A stretch of DNA of 64,000 nt from a virus (IMGVR_UViG_3300027708_003081), one strand, 5' to 3'; numbered from the stretch's first letter, positions 47,710 to 57,221 are shown. Notes: generated by a model not told the origin, from the letters alone. Made by a program: numbers and translations.

Positions 47710-48626
47710 TGAATTGGTTTCAGAGAAACTTTAAGACAATTATTTATTGTGCTTTTTTGGTACCTATCTTAACGGTTGCCATAGTATCAATATCTCACGT
47801 AACAAAATGGTACGGTATATCAAATCCAGTTAGTTGGGCGGTATACCTTTCTATTGGTATTGAGATTGCAGCTTTATCTGCACTTGCTGCAATATCCGCA
47901 CAGATGGGAAAGAAAGTTTATTTTCCATTTGCAATTGTAACACTTATTCAGTTTATTGGTAACATATTTTTTGCTTATCAATATATCGACATTAATAGTG
48001 TATCATTTAAAGACTGGGTTGATATGGTTGACCCTTTAGTTTCCTTTCTTGGTGTTGAATCGGGCAATATTATAGGACACAAAAGATTTTTAGCGTTATT
48101 TGCAGGAGGTATGTTACCTCTAATATCATTATCATTCCTACATATGTTGGTTAAATTTGAGGAAGAAGAAAAGAAAAAAACAAAAGAAATTAAACCATCT
48201 GAAGTAGATGTGGATATTGATGAATTAAGTAAAGAGGCGGGAAAGATTGAAAGAATGGCGGATATGGAGAAATGGGTACCAAGTGATGAGGATTTAGAGA
48301 TATTGGAAAAAATGTTATTTAAAGAGAAAGATACTGATTTAGCTTTGGATGAAGAATCTTATTACGATATGTTAGATGAAACTTATAGTCCAAAAGAATG
48401 GGATATATCGGTAAAAAATACAGAACCGTCAATTACACCACAAACTTCATCTGAAATGATAATAACAACCAACGAGGATATTATTGAGTCAATACCATCG
48501 GATGATGAAGTATCAGATTGGGATGTGACATTACAGGAAGGATTAGAAGAAGAAATATTAGATGAAGATATTCCACAAGAGGAACCGAAAATAAACAGAT
48601 TAGTTTATACAAAACGTGATGGTTAA
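47709..48626 (+). CDS. membrane protein (4 TM) with acidic C-terminal tail
   Basis: Four hydrophobic helices in the first 150 aa, then a D/E-rich tail. Confidence 0.45.
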   Translation: MNWFQRNFKTIIYCAFLVPILTVAIVSISHVTKWYGISNPVSWAVYLSIGIEIAALSALAAISAQMGKKVYFPFAIVTLIQFIGNIFFAYQYIDINSVSFKDWVDMVDPLVSFLGVESGNIIGHKRFLALFAGGMLPLISLSFLHMLVKFEEEEKKKTKEIKPSEVDVDIDELSKEAGKIERMADMEKWVPSDEDLEILEKMLFKEKDTDLALDEESYYDMLDETYSPKEWDISVKNTEPSITPQTSSEMIITTNEDIIESIPSDDEVSDWDVTLQEGLEEEILDEDIPQEEPKINRLVYTKRDG

Positions 48627-49227
48627 TATTATACAATACGGAAAATTTAAACCAGTAGGTAAACAAAAAAATAAGAAACAAATAATCTTATGCCATACTT
48701 CAAGGGATGTTGAGGAATACTTAACATCCCTTAAATTTAGGTACAACGAGGGATATGATAAAATTCCTCACTTTGTTATATCTCAAAAAGGGGATATATT
48801 ACAACTACTTCCTGAAACAGGATATTCAAATTTCTTTTATGATGGAGGAATAAATCAAAACTCCGTAATAATATGTTTAGAAAATTTGGGTTGGTTAGAA
48901 AAGAAACCTTTATCAAATCAATACATTAATTGGAATGGAGGTATTTATATTGGTGAACCTTATGAAAAAAAGTGGAGAGATTACTTCTTTTGGCATCCCT
49001 ACACGGAAATTCAAATAGAGAACACATTAATACTTTGTGAAAAGTTATGTACGGAATTAAAAATACCAAAAAAATTTTCGGGACGAAACACGAAAATAGA
49101 TGGTATTATAAAATTTGATGGGATTGTTTCAAGAAGTAATTACGATAGTAGATTTACTGATTTAAACCCATCATTTGATTTTGAAAAATTTATTAAACAA
49201 ATAGAATATGAGCAGATATCACGATGA
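48619..49227 (+). CDS. N-acetylmuramoyl-L-alanine amidase (Amidase_2/PGRP-type endolysin)
   Basis: QIILCHTSRD, PHFVISQKGDILQLLPE and NQNSVIICLENLGW parallel the T7 lysozyme motifs AIFVHCSAT, GYHFIIKRDGTV and NHNSIGVCLVGG. Track start 48616 is GTG; ATG at 48619. Confidence 0.7.
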   Translation: MVNIIQYGKFKPVGKQKNKKQIILCHTSRDVEEYLTSLKFRYNEGYDKIPHFVISQKGDILQLLPETGYSNFFYDGGINQNSVIICLENLGWLEKKPLSNQYINWNGGIYIGEPYEKKWRDYFFWHPYTEIQIENTLILCEKLCTELKIPKKFSGRNTKIDGIIKFDGIVSRSNYDSRFTDLNPSFDFEKFIKQIEYEQISR

Positions 49228-49771
49228 AAAATATGATGAAATAAAATCATTAGTTAACAGGGCAAGAATGTTAAATGAACAACCTGAAAGAATTAATGTT
49301 GCAAAAAGTATTGAAAATAAAATTAATCAGGACACTGAGTATGAAACCGCTGAAGACCCAGAAAAAGAAGGGGAAGAAGCACCCGACGATAAAGTACAGA
49401 AGTATAGAATATCAGGAGGTATTTTAGCGTTACACGGAAAAGAAAAAGAGAAACTTCAAATAACTAGTGACGATAAATTAGCTTTCCAAGAAACTATGGA
49501 TGAATTTATTGAAGAAGTTTCTGACCTAGTTGATTTTAACGAATTAAATGTTTATACTAATAACGTTGAATGGTCTGGTAAAATTATAGACCAGGATATG
49601 GATTTTATTTTTACAATTGGTGAAAATAATGGTATTTATATTAACGGAAATGCAGTCAAGGTAGACCCCGAGTTCCTTGATATGATAAATAAACTACAAA
49701 AATATTACGAAAAATTTAAATCAAAATGGTCGAAAATAGTAGCATCCAGAAAGAAAACAAAACAGGATTAA
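49208..49771 (+). CDS. hypothetical acidic protein
   Basis: 187 aa. Confidence 0.45.
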   Translation: MSRYHDEKYDEIKSLVNRARMLNEQPERINVAKSIENKINQDTEYETAEDPEKEGEEAPDDKVQKYRISGGILALHGKEKEKLQITSDDKLAFQETMDEFIEEVSDLVDFNELNVYTNNVEWSGKIIDQDMDFIFTIGENNGIYINGNAVKVDPEFLDMINKLQKYYEKFKSKWSKIVASRKKTKQD

Positions 49772-50121
49772 AAGATACGTTTGATAGTGTATTCAAATTA
49801 GTAATCTTATTAGGAATAATCTATGTTATTTGGTTTTTATTAAAACCAAGTGCGAGTACAAAAATTGATAATAGTTATAAGAAAGATATTGATTCTTTAA
49901 CCAAAGTTATTGAGAACGTTGAAAAGAAACAAGAAATCTTATATCAAGAGATTAAAAATTTAAATGACGACATCTTACAAACAGATGTTAAAATCTCAAA
50001 CATAAAACAACAAAAAACAATAGTAAAACAAATTTATCATGAAAAAATTAACGCTGTTGACACTTACAATGATACTGAGCTTGATAGCATTTTCGCAAAA
50101 AGATACTATTATCCCAACTAA
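49726..50121 (+). CDS. N-terminal-TM coiled-coil protein
   Basis: TM VFKLVILLGIIYVIWFLL then a heptad-rich segment; overlaps the next gene by 83 nt. Confidence 0.4.
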   Translation: MVENSSIQKENKTGLKDTFDSVFKLVILLGIIYVIWFLLKPSASTKIDNSYKKDIDSLTKVIENVEKKQEILYQEIKNLNDDILQTDVKISNIKQQKTIVKQIYHEKINAVDTYNDTELDSIFAKRYYYPN

Positions 50122-50449
50122 GTGTTTTCCTGCTCCAATTGTTAAGTTAATCGCTAAAGATTTAATAAGCGGAGACCAAGCAAAAGAAGAGTTAAAATTA
50201 ACTTTAAAAGAATTAGAAGAAACACAACTAAAAGTTTCTTTGAAAGATAGTATCATTTTAAAAATGAATGAGAAAGAAGTTAATTATAACAGAGTAATTA
50301 GTGAGCAAACTAAACAATATGCTATCTTACAAACACACTCAACCGAAGTTGAAAAAAGTCTGAAGGCTATGAAGTCAAGAAATATTTTCACTAAAGTGTT
50401 CTCAACTATGATAATTGGAACATTAACTTATTTTATAATAACTAAATAA
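50039..50449 (+). CDS. signal-peptide / C-terminal-TM protein overlapping 49726..50121
   Basis: MKKLTLLTLTMILSLIAFSQ signal; C-terminal TM. Confidence 0.4.
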   Translation: MKKLTLLTLTMILSLIAFSQKDTIIPTKCFPAPIVKLIAKDLISGDQAKEELKLTLKELEETQLKVSLKDSIILKMNEKEVNYNRVISEQTKQYAILQTHSTEVEKSLKAMKSRNIFTKVFSTMIIGTLTYFIITK

Positions 50450-50694
50450 TGGCACTAACTAGTTCAGAAACTAAAGAGATTGAAGTTTTAATTCGTAAAG
50501 AAATAAGAAACTTTATGGATGCAAATACAATTAAACAATTTGAGGATAAGTTTATGGAAAAAATATTGAAAGATGTTAAAAGAGGTAAACTTGAAGGTGA
50601 AATGAAAGAAATAACATTAAAAATGTTCCGTGAATTTTATCAATTTATGTGGATGAATAGAAGTTATTGGGAACCAAGACTAAAAAACGCTTAA
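50449..50694 (+). CDS. small hypothetical protein
   Basis: 81 aa. Confidence 0.4.
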   Translation: MALTSSETKEIEVLIRKEIRNFMDANTIKQFEDKFMEKILKDVKRGKLEGEMKEITLKMFREFYQFMWMNRSYWEPRLKNA

Positions 50695-50695
50695 A

Positions 50696-51352
50696 ATGGA
50701 AAATCAAAAAGAAATGTTTAAAAAATCGCTCGATAAAGCATTTTCAAGTCTTCCTAATTTGAATACCGACATTATGTTGGATAATATCAAATATAAGGAT
50801 ATGGTTAAAGAAGATGGTGAGATAGAAGAAAAATGGAGCGAAAAGTATAAAAAAAGTATTAATTGTAGTCACCCTAAAGGGTTTAGTGAAAGGGCTCACT
50901 GTCAAGGTAAGAAAAAGAAAAGTGAAACAAAAGAGGCAACAAGTTCAGGTGGTGGAGTAGGTGCGTTTGAAGGACCTATTGCATTTGCGGATAGTGAGTT
51001 TCTTAGAAGGAGTAATGCAGAAAATGCCGAGGCTAAAAAAATTGAAGCAACTGAGGCAACAGGTTCAGGTTCTGTTGGCGCTTATGCAACACCCGCGGCT
51101 TGGGCAAAATCAACTAAGGCAAAAGATTGGAGAGGTAAATCTAAAACACAGATTCCTGGAGGTGCATTTGTATCAGTCAAGAAAAAATGTAAAAAATTTC
51201 CATATTGTAATCAAGGAGATATTAAAGCACTTAACATTTATCAGAATGAAAGTGTAAGAGATGCAATAAAAAGTGTTTCAGAAAAATTTAATTTGAATGA
51301 GACTACAATAAAAGCGATTTTGGAATATGAATATGAAAAATTAAATAAATAA
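50696..51352 (+). CDS. hypothetical protein
   Basis: 218 aa. Confidence 0.45.
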   Translation: MENQKEMFKKSLDKAFSSLPNLNTDIMLDNIKYKDMVKEDGEIEEKWSEKYKKSINCSHPKGFSERAHCQGKKKKSETKEATSSGGGVGAFEGPIAFADSEFLRRSNAENAEAKKIEATEATGSGSVGAYATPAAWAKSTKAKDWRGKSKTQIPGGAFVSVKKKCKKFPYCNQGDIKALNIYQNESVRDAIKSVSEKFNLNETTIKAILEYEYEKLNK

Positions 51353-51353
51353 A

Positions 51354-51371
51354 GATATTTATAATAAAAAG
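51354..51371 (+). promoter_or_regulatory. GATATTTATAATAAAAAG motif
   Basis: 4 nt upstream of ATG 51376. Confidence 0.3.
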
Positions 51372-51375
51372 AAAA

Positions 51376-52899
51376 ATGAGTACATATCAAAATAAAATAG
51401 ATAAATTGGTTGAGAAAATTCTTAACGAAGAGATTGATAAAAAAGTTTTTGTTGTTTTAGAAAGTCTCAAAGGTGGTCAAAATAAATTAGATGTTGCAGA
51501 ACCAAAAGGTAAATTAACCGCAGCAGATTTTAAAAAGTTAAGACAAAAAAAATCCTTTAAAAAAGAAGTTGATGAATCTTGGGAAGAGTTAGATGAATAT
51601 GGTAATCATTCTCCAAGTGATAATGATATGGATGAACTTTTACATAGATATGAAATAGACAAACTTAGAGAAAAACAACAATCTAATAAAAATGATTTTG
51701 AAGATACAAAAAGTGATATGAGCGATGATGATAAAAAACCTTCATTTATGAGTAGATTAAAAAATAAATTAGGGTTTGGGAAAAACAAAGAATTTGATGA
51801 AGAAGTGGAAGAAGGTAACGCATTTTCAGGTGCATTAGAAAAAGCAAGAAAACAACACAAAGATAGTTTTGAAGTTGATGGAGAAACTTACCCTGTAAGA
51901 GAAGGTAAAGAAAAATGGATTCAAAAAACAAAAATGCATAAAGGTGCATTACATAAGAAATTAGGTGTTCCTGAAGGAGATAAAATACCTGTTGCAAAAT
52001 TAAAATCTTTGAAAAAAGAATTAGAAGGTAAATCTAAAGGAGATAAAAAATTATCGGCATCAGATTTAAAATTACTTAAACAAGTTAATTTAGCTCTTAA
52101 TCTTAAAAGTCTTAAAGAAAGTTCAAACTTAACTTTAACCGAAGATGAACTTATTGATATGATTGAAAAAATTATTGTCGAAGAGAAAAAACAAAAAGAA
52201 GAAGATGTTAAAGTTTCAAAAGTTACAGAAAAATTAAAAGATAATATCAGTAAAAAATACGTATCGGGATTGGCTAAAACTAAAAAAGCTCAAGATGGTA
52301 GTAAAAAAGAAAACGATGATTATATCTCATCTGTAACTAAAAAAATAACTGATTACCTAAAGGATGGTTCAAAAATTAAATTTGAAATGAATACCGACAA
52401 ATTCCCTGAAGGAAATGGACAAAAAGAAAAAGACGATACCAAGGCTTATCATAAATCAGATGCAGTAGACGAATACATTGATGCTTTTGCATATCCAGGT
52501 ATGACTAATTTGGTTTATGATGAAATTAAACCCGAAGACGAAAAAATTGAAATGTACCTTAAAGGTAATTCAAAAACAGGTAATGCAGAAGTTGATGAAA
52601 GTGGTAAGGCGTTAGGTAATGTTGTTCCAAGTGAAGTTGGTGAAAAATTTATGAATAATTATAAAAATAATTATTATGGACAGGAACAAATGAAATCTTC
52701 TTATAAGAGATACCCACAAGACACAAGAGAAGTTGCGGGTGACCAAACTAAAAAAGGTAATTTAAATTATGGAAAAGGAAAAACCGCACAATCAATTATT
52801 GATAAAGTTGAAGAATCAGAAACTAAATCTCAAAAAGTAATAAATGAGGAAATGGAAAAAATGAAAAACCTTATTTCTTACAATAAGAAGACACAATAA
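51376..52899 (+). CDS. K/E-rich low-complexity protein (507 aa)
   Basis: Long lysine/glutamate-rich sequence. Confidence 0.5.
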   Translation: MSTYQNKIDKLVEKILNEEIDKKVFVVLESLKGGQNKLDVAEPKGKLTAADFKKLRQKKSFKKEVDESWEELDEYGNHSPSDNDMDELLHRYEIDKLREKQQSNKNDFEDTKSDMSDDDKKPSFMSRLKNKLGFGKNKEFDEEVEEGNAFSGALEKARKQHKDSFEVDGETYPVREGKEKWIQKTKMHKGALHKKLGVPEGDKIPVAKLKSLKKELEGKSKGDKKLSASDLKLLKQVNLALNLKSLKESSNLTLTEDELIDMIEKIIVEEKKQKEEDVKVSKVTEKLKDNISKKYVSGLAKTKKAQDGSKKENDDYISSVTKKITDYLKDGSKIKFEMNTDKFPEGNGQKEKDDTKAYHKSDAVDEYIDAFAYPGMTNLVYDEIKPEDEKIEMYLKGNSKTGNAEVDESGKALGNVVPSEVGEKFMNNYKNNYYGQEQMKSSYKRYPQDTREVAGDQTKKGNLNYGKGKTAQSIIDKVEESETKSQKVINEEMEKMKNLISYNKKTQ

Positions 52900-52927
52900 A
52901 ATATACATTTGAAATAATTTAATTATA

Positions 52928-52958
52928 TTCTCCATAGAAAACTATGGAGAATTTTTTT
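52928..52958 (+). terminator. intrinsic terminator
   Basis: TTCTCCATAG-AAAA-CTATGGAGAA perfect 10-bp hairpin followed by TTTTTTT. Confidence 0.6.
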
Positions 52959-52964
52959 AATTGG

Positions 52965-53402
52965 ATGGCAAAGCCTGTTCCCCCCGATGAGGTGATAGTA
53001 TGGTTCAACGTTCATAATATGAGTTATGAGAAGATTGAGCTATGTGGAGACATATTTAAGTCTCTACATCAAATCGTATTGGATACCTATTTAGGGGATG
53101 AAAATAGCGAAACTAAAATTATATTATCTGAAGATGATAATGGGAAACATTTTGAATGGTGTTGGAAGAAACTTGTGGAATATTTTAGAAAGGAAAATAT
53201 ATTAATAAAATCTGAAGGTACATACAAAGATTATTTAAAATCTTTTTTTCTTGATACATTTTACAACTCAAAAGAAAAAAATATAAAAACTGCCATACCA
53301 AGTTTTTTGGACGATGTTTTTAGTTTGGACAAACCGTTTAGCAAATCTGATTTGGATATTCTCACAGAACTTTATAACTTGATGGAAAAAAATTTTGAGT
53401 AA
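52965..53402 (+). CDS. hypothetical protein
   Basis: Track ATG 52944 lies inside the terminator hairpin; the next in-frame ATG at 52965 is preferred. Confidence 0.45.
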   Translation: MAKPVPPDEVIVWFNVHNMSYEKIELCGDIFKSLHQIVLDTYLGDENSETKIILSEDDNGKHFEWCWKKLVEYFRKENILIKSEGTYKDYLKSFFLDTFYNSKEKNIKTAIPSFLDDVFSLDKPFSKSDLDILTELYNLMEKNFE

Positions 53403-53461
53403 AAACCTCATTTCTATTTACACCAGCAATAAAAAAATTAAAATTTAAAAAAACAATTAAA

Positions 53462-53644
53462 ATGGAAACATTAGAACAAATCAAAGTTTTAACAGAAACT
53501 CTTTCTTTAGACGTAACTAAATTTTACGCAGGAAATAAAAGTGCAGGGACAAGAGCAAGAAAAAGTGCTCAAGAACTTAAAGCTCTTTTACAGACATTAA
53601 GAGGTGAGATTCTTGAAAACAGAAAAACAACTGAAAATGCTTAA
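53462..53644 (+). CDS. histone H1-like DNA-binding protein (Bacteroidetes Hc1-like)
   Basis: FYAGNKSAGTRARKSAQELKALLQTLRGEI closely resembles small Bacteroidetes histone-H1-like proteins (..FYEKGNKAAGTRVRK..QE.K.LAQE.R..), as recalled from memory. Confidence 0.55.
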   Translation: METLEQIKVLTETLSLDVTKFYAGNKSAGTRARKSAQELKALLQTLRGEILENRKTTENA

Positions 53645-53822
53645 TATAGAAAATTTATTTTTCTTTTTATTCGTTTTCTCAAGCCTAATCTTGTTAAGAA
53701 GTTTGGGTAAATTAACGAGCACCCTGTTACAAAGAGAGCCTAAACCACTTTATTTAAGTGACAGGGAGCTTATTTTATTAGGAACATCAATCAGTTATAT
53801 TACAACTTATATTTTTAAATAA
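53637..53822 (+). CDS. small membrane protein
   Basis: ATG 53637 overlaps previous stop; TM LFFFLFVFSSLILL. Confidence 0.35.
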   Translation: MLNIENLFFFLFVFSSLILLRSLGKLTSTLLQREPKPLYLSDRELILLGTSISYITTYIFK

Positions 53823-54271
53823 TGAGTATCTATAAAGAATTACTACCATATATTGACTACATACATTCAATAAGAAAACTTGAAAACTATTTGAGTTTTG
53901 ATATGAAATTCCCCGTTAAATGGGTGATGATTAAAAGTGTTATGGAGGAGAGTCAAATTGTCCCTTTTGATGTTGGGATTGAAAATTTAAAAGGTTTGTC
54001 CTTTGTATCAAAAATTGATGAGACAGAGATTGATTTATGTCTCTCAAGAATCCAAAAGGTTATTAAGGTTAATAAGGAGAAGGAGATTAAAGAAAGACTA
54101 TTTAAAGATACGGTAGATAGGTTAAAATCTACTTTTGAGAAAACAGATTTAGATAAGTTACAAAAACTATATTTTGATTTTGAAAATGATTATGACGAAA
54201 ATTCTTTAGAAGATGACACAGAAGAAACAACAAATCTTGAATTGGCTGGACAAGGAGATGCAAAGGGATAA
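53822..54271 (+). CDS. hypothetical acidic protein
   Basis: 149 aa. Confidence 0.45.
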   Translation: MSIYKELLPYIDYIHSIRKLENYLSFDMKFPVKWVMIKSVMEESQIVPFDVGIENLKGLSFVSKIDETEIDLCLSRIQKVIKVNKEKEIKERLFKDTVDRLKSTFEKTDLDKLQKLYFDFENDYDENSLEDDTEETTNLELAGQGDAKG

Positions 54272-54370
54272 TTTAGAAATAAAGTCAACCAAGCAAAAAT
54301 TTATAAGTGAAATTAAGGGTTTAAAAAAAGAGGACCTTTTTGAACAACCAAAAGAAGTAAAACTAACATT

Positions 54371-54601
54371 ATGGCAGAGAATAAAAATAGCGCTCCTGGG
54401 GAGTTAGAAAAATTGGCATTAATTGCTGATTCGCTGCAAACATTATTTAGAGGTAAATCATCTGTTGTATTTGAATTAAATAAGGAAGAGTATGTTAAGA
54501 TGATTAATCACTTTAGAGAGATTGATAGACACCACAAACAATTTACAATAGATATGTCAGGGACTGACTTAATTTTTATTTTGAACGAGGATATGTTGTA
54601 A
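54371..54601 (+). CDS. small hypothetical protein
   Basis: 76 aa; 3' end overlaps the convergent minus-strand gene. Confidence 0.35.
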   Translation: MAENKNSAPGELEKLALIADSLQTLFRGKSSVVFELNKEEYVKMINHFREIDRHHKQFTIDMSGTDLIFILNEDML

Positions 54602-55223
54602 ACTTCCTGTATAATACTTTTTTATCTACCCCAAATTTTTCAAGTAATTCAAACAAATATTTTCTCTGTGCGGAGGAATAATCTTTCACAAAAATACAAT
54701 CCATTCTTTTTATCTTAAAGAAATGCGATGTTAGACAATCAATAAATCTACTGGATTCTTGTTCGTTCTTTAAAGAGAACATACTGAATTTTTCATCCTG
54801 TTGAATTATAATTTTATTATGAAGGGTTGAAATCATTTTAACACCATCACCTTTTATGTATTTTTTAATCAGGATGTGAGTATCAATTTTCTCTTCGGTT
54901 TGAATATCATATAATAACTCCTCCATCTTATATGGGGTTATCTCAACAAGAGTCATATTATCATCTTCAAGTTTCACTTTAACATTCCTACCCATCTCAT
55001 CAGTCATATAGATTGGGAATAACTGTTTTGAACTTAATTCAATTAAACCAATTTCAAATTTACAATCTTTACCGTTCTCAACTTCTTTAGAAAAGATGAC
55101 TTTATCACTTTCATTTTTTATCTTTGTATAAAATGATTTAGCCTTGGTATAAGTTACGAATTTCTTTATTATTCGTTTTTTAGTTTTATTCTTAAACAAG
55201 GTAACAAAAAAGTTATATTCCAT
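54576..55223 (-). CDS. hypothetical protein (only minus-strand gene inside the + array)
   Basis: 215 aa; its start codon complement at 55221-23 lies 1 nt from the DnaJ ATG. Confidence 0.5.
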   Translation of the reverse strand: MEYNFFVTLFKNKTKKRIIKKFVTYTKAKSFYTKIKNESDKVIFSKEVENGKDCKFEIGLIELSSKQLFPIYMTDEMGRNVKVKLEDDNMTLVEITPYKMEELLYDIQTEEKIDTHILIKKYIKGDGVKMISTLHNKIIIQQDEKFSMFSLKNEQESSRFIDCLTSHFFKIKRMDCIFVKDYSSAQRKYLFELLEKFGVDKKVLYRKFTTYPRSK

Positions 55224-55224
55224 T

Positions 55225-56142
55225 ATGAAAAATTACTATGAAATTTTAGGAATTGAAGAGAATTCTTCTCCAGAAGAAATAAAAAAAGCATATAGGAAAC
55301 TTGCAGTTCAATATCACCCTGATAAAGGTGGGGATGAAAACAAGTTTAAAGAGATTAATGAAGCTTATGAAGTGCTCGGTGATGAACAAAAAAAGGCTCA
55401 ATATAATAATCAAAAGAATAACCCGTATGGTGGAACAGGATTTGAGGATTTGTTTGCAAGTATGTTTGGTGGGGGAAATCCTTTCGCTCAACAGAGAAGA
55501 CAACCAACCGCGCCCCCAAAGATTATAAAACTAAAAATAAATCCAATTGAATCTTATTTGGGTTCGGAGAGAACTATCCATTATGTTAAGGAAACTCAGT
55601 GTATGGGTTGTCTTGGAGGTGGTGGAGAACAACAAGCGTGCGGAACCTGTAGAGGTAGTGGGTTTGTTGTTAAAACATTTGGAACAGGGTTTATGGTTCA
55701 ACAAGTTAGAAGTGCTTGTGATACTTGTGGTGGTAGAGGATATACGTTAGTTCATAGATGTAATAAATGTAATGGAAAGGGAACAAAATCTGAGGCACAA
55801 GAGATAAACATTAAAATACCTGTGGGTTCTGATAACGGGCAGTATATGAAACTACAGAGTTATGGTGATTATAATAATGGCGCGTATGGTGATTTGGTAA
55901 TCCAAGTTGAACTTGAACCTCAAGACGGGTATGAGAAGATGAATAATGATTTAATTTATAACTTATATCTTAATTTGGAAGAAGCCAATAGTGAGACATA
56001 TAGAATTCCACACCCAAGTGGAGATTTAAACACCACGGCTCCAAAACTATTTGATAGCTCAAAGCCTTTGAGATTAAAAGGTAAGGGATATAATGGGGGA
56101 GATATGTATGTTAAACTCCACGTAAGGTTTGAAAGAAATTAA
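55225..56142 (+). CDS. dnaJ: DnaJ-family co-chaperone
   Basis: J domain with HPD (YYEILGI...YHPDKGGDENKFKEINEAYEVL), G/F region, and four CxxCxGxG zinc-finger repeats (CMGCLGGG, CGTCRGSG, CDTCGGRG, CNKCNGKG). Confidence 0.85.
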   Translation: MKNYYEILGIEENSSPEEIKKAYRKLAVQYHPDKGGDENKFKEINEAYEVLGDEQKKAQYNNQKNNPYGGTGFEDLFASMFGGGNPFAQQRRQPTAPPKIIKLKINPIESYLGSERTIHYVKETQCMGCLGGGGEQQACGTCRGSGFVVKTFGTGFMVQQVRSACDTCGGRGYTLVHRCNKCNGKGTKSEAQEINIKIPVGSDNGQYMKLQSYGDYNNGAYGDLVIQVELEPQDGYEKMNNDLIYNLYLNLEEANSETYRIPHPSGDLNTTAPKLFDSSKPLRLKGKGYNGGDMYVKLHVRFERN

Positions 56143-56364
56143 CCCATCAAATGTTTAATGAGGTGAATTGTTCCGTAGATAGATGTTCCTAACATATAGA
56201 AACCTAATACAATCAAACCCCATTCTTTAATGTCTAATTTTTCTTTTTTGCAACTACTGCATTTTTTTTCTTTTTCCATAATATGAAATATAAATTGTAA
56301 TTAAAATCTTGTAAATAATTTGCCTTTCTGATTTTTTTTTATTATATTTTTAAAAAATAATAAT

Positions 56365-57204
56365 ATGTTAAGTTGGATTGGAGGTAAGAGCCGAATAGGT
56401 GCTTGGTTAGTGGATTACTATCCACAAGATATGGAAATAATGACTGAAAGTTTTGGGGGAATGATGTGGTGCTACTTTAATATGGATTTAAGTAAGTATC
56501 CAAATCTTAAAAAGATTGTCTATAATGACTTCAACCCCCTCAATTATAATCTATTTAAATGTGTCCAAAATCCCTCTGAATTACAGAGGGCGTTAGATAG
56601 TATACCCGTACAACAAATAGGGGTTTCTAACACACCGGAAGACTTCAGGAATAGATTTTTAGAATATCAGTCGGAGGTATTTAATTCAGGATTTACAACA
56701 AATTCCCCTGATTACTTAACAGCGGCAAAATACGTTTATATTGTTACTCAAGTTTTTAGTGGAAGTAAACCTGAAACATCTTCATTTATTGACTTAAAAG
56801 GTAAGTATCGTTGCAAATATCTCTCATTTAGAGATAAATTAAGTAAACCTGATTGGGTGGAACATTTCTTAAAGATTACGGATGTTGAGAATATGGATTT
56901 TGAGGATTTAATTATTAAATATGATTCACCAACAACTTTTCATTATGTTGATGCCCCCTATTATAAAACAGAAAATTATTATTCCAACCACGATTTTGAT
57001 AGACAAGACCACGAAAGATTGGCAAATGTTTTACAACAAGTAAAAGGTAAATTTGGTATGTCGTATTATGATTTCCCTGATTTACACACTTGGTTCCCTG
57101 AAAATGTATATAGGTGGGAAAGAAAATTATTTGCTAAAGCGGCTGCCGCCAAAAAAAATACAAAACAAAATATGGGAGAAGAGCTATTCATATTGAATTT
57201 TTAA
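56365..57204 (+). CDS. Dam-like (D12 class) N6-adenine DNA methyltransferase
   Basis: N-terminal LSWIGGKSRIGAWLVDYYPQD...ESFGG parallels Dam (AFLKWAGGKY...EPFVGAG); catalytic HYVDAPYY (DPPY-type) motif. Confidence 0.7.
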   Translation: MLSWIGGKSRIGAWLVDYYPQDMEIMTESFGGMMWCYFNMDLSKYPNLKKIVYNDFNPLNYNLFKCVQNPSELQRALDSIPVQQIGVSNTPEDFRNRFLEYQSEVFNSGFTTNSPDYLTAAKYVYIVTQVFSGSKPETSSFIDLKGKYRCKYLSFRDKLSKPDWVEHFLKITDVENMDFEDLIIKYDSPTTFHYVDAPYYKTENYYSNHDFDRQDHERLANVLQQVKGKFGMSYYDFPDLHTWFPENVYRWERKLFAKAAAAKKNTKQNMGEELFILNF

Positions 57205-57221
57205 GTATTTTTGCATTCTCA

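Noticed and set aside
50961-51997. ORFs 50961..51257, 51606..51860, 51746..51997
   Set aside because: Alternate-frame or antisense ORFs within 50696..51352 and the K/E-rich gene.
54213-54407. 64-aa ORF overlapping two neighbours
   Set aside because: It has a proper ATG but overlaps 53822..54271 by 59 nt and 54371..54601 by 37 nt. Kept out of the feature list as doubtful; possible only if one of the neighbours is mis-called.
55246-55750. Three 67-85-aa ORFs inside dnaJ
   Set aside because: Nested in or antisense to an unambiguous DnaJ reading frame.
56139-56279. 46-aa minus-strand ORF (MEKEKKCSSCKKEK...TM) in the gap after dnaJ
   Set aside because: Very short; its end overlaps the dnaJ stop; no promoter evidence. 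Could be a tiny convergent membrane peptide but is unsupported.
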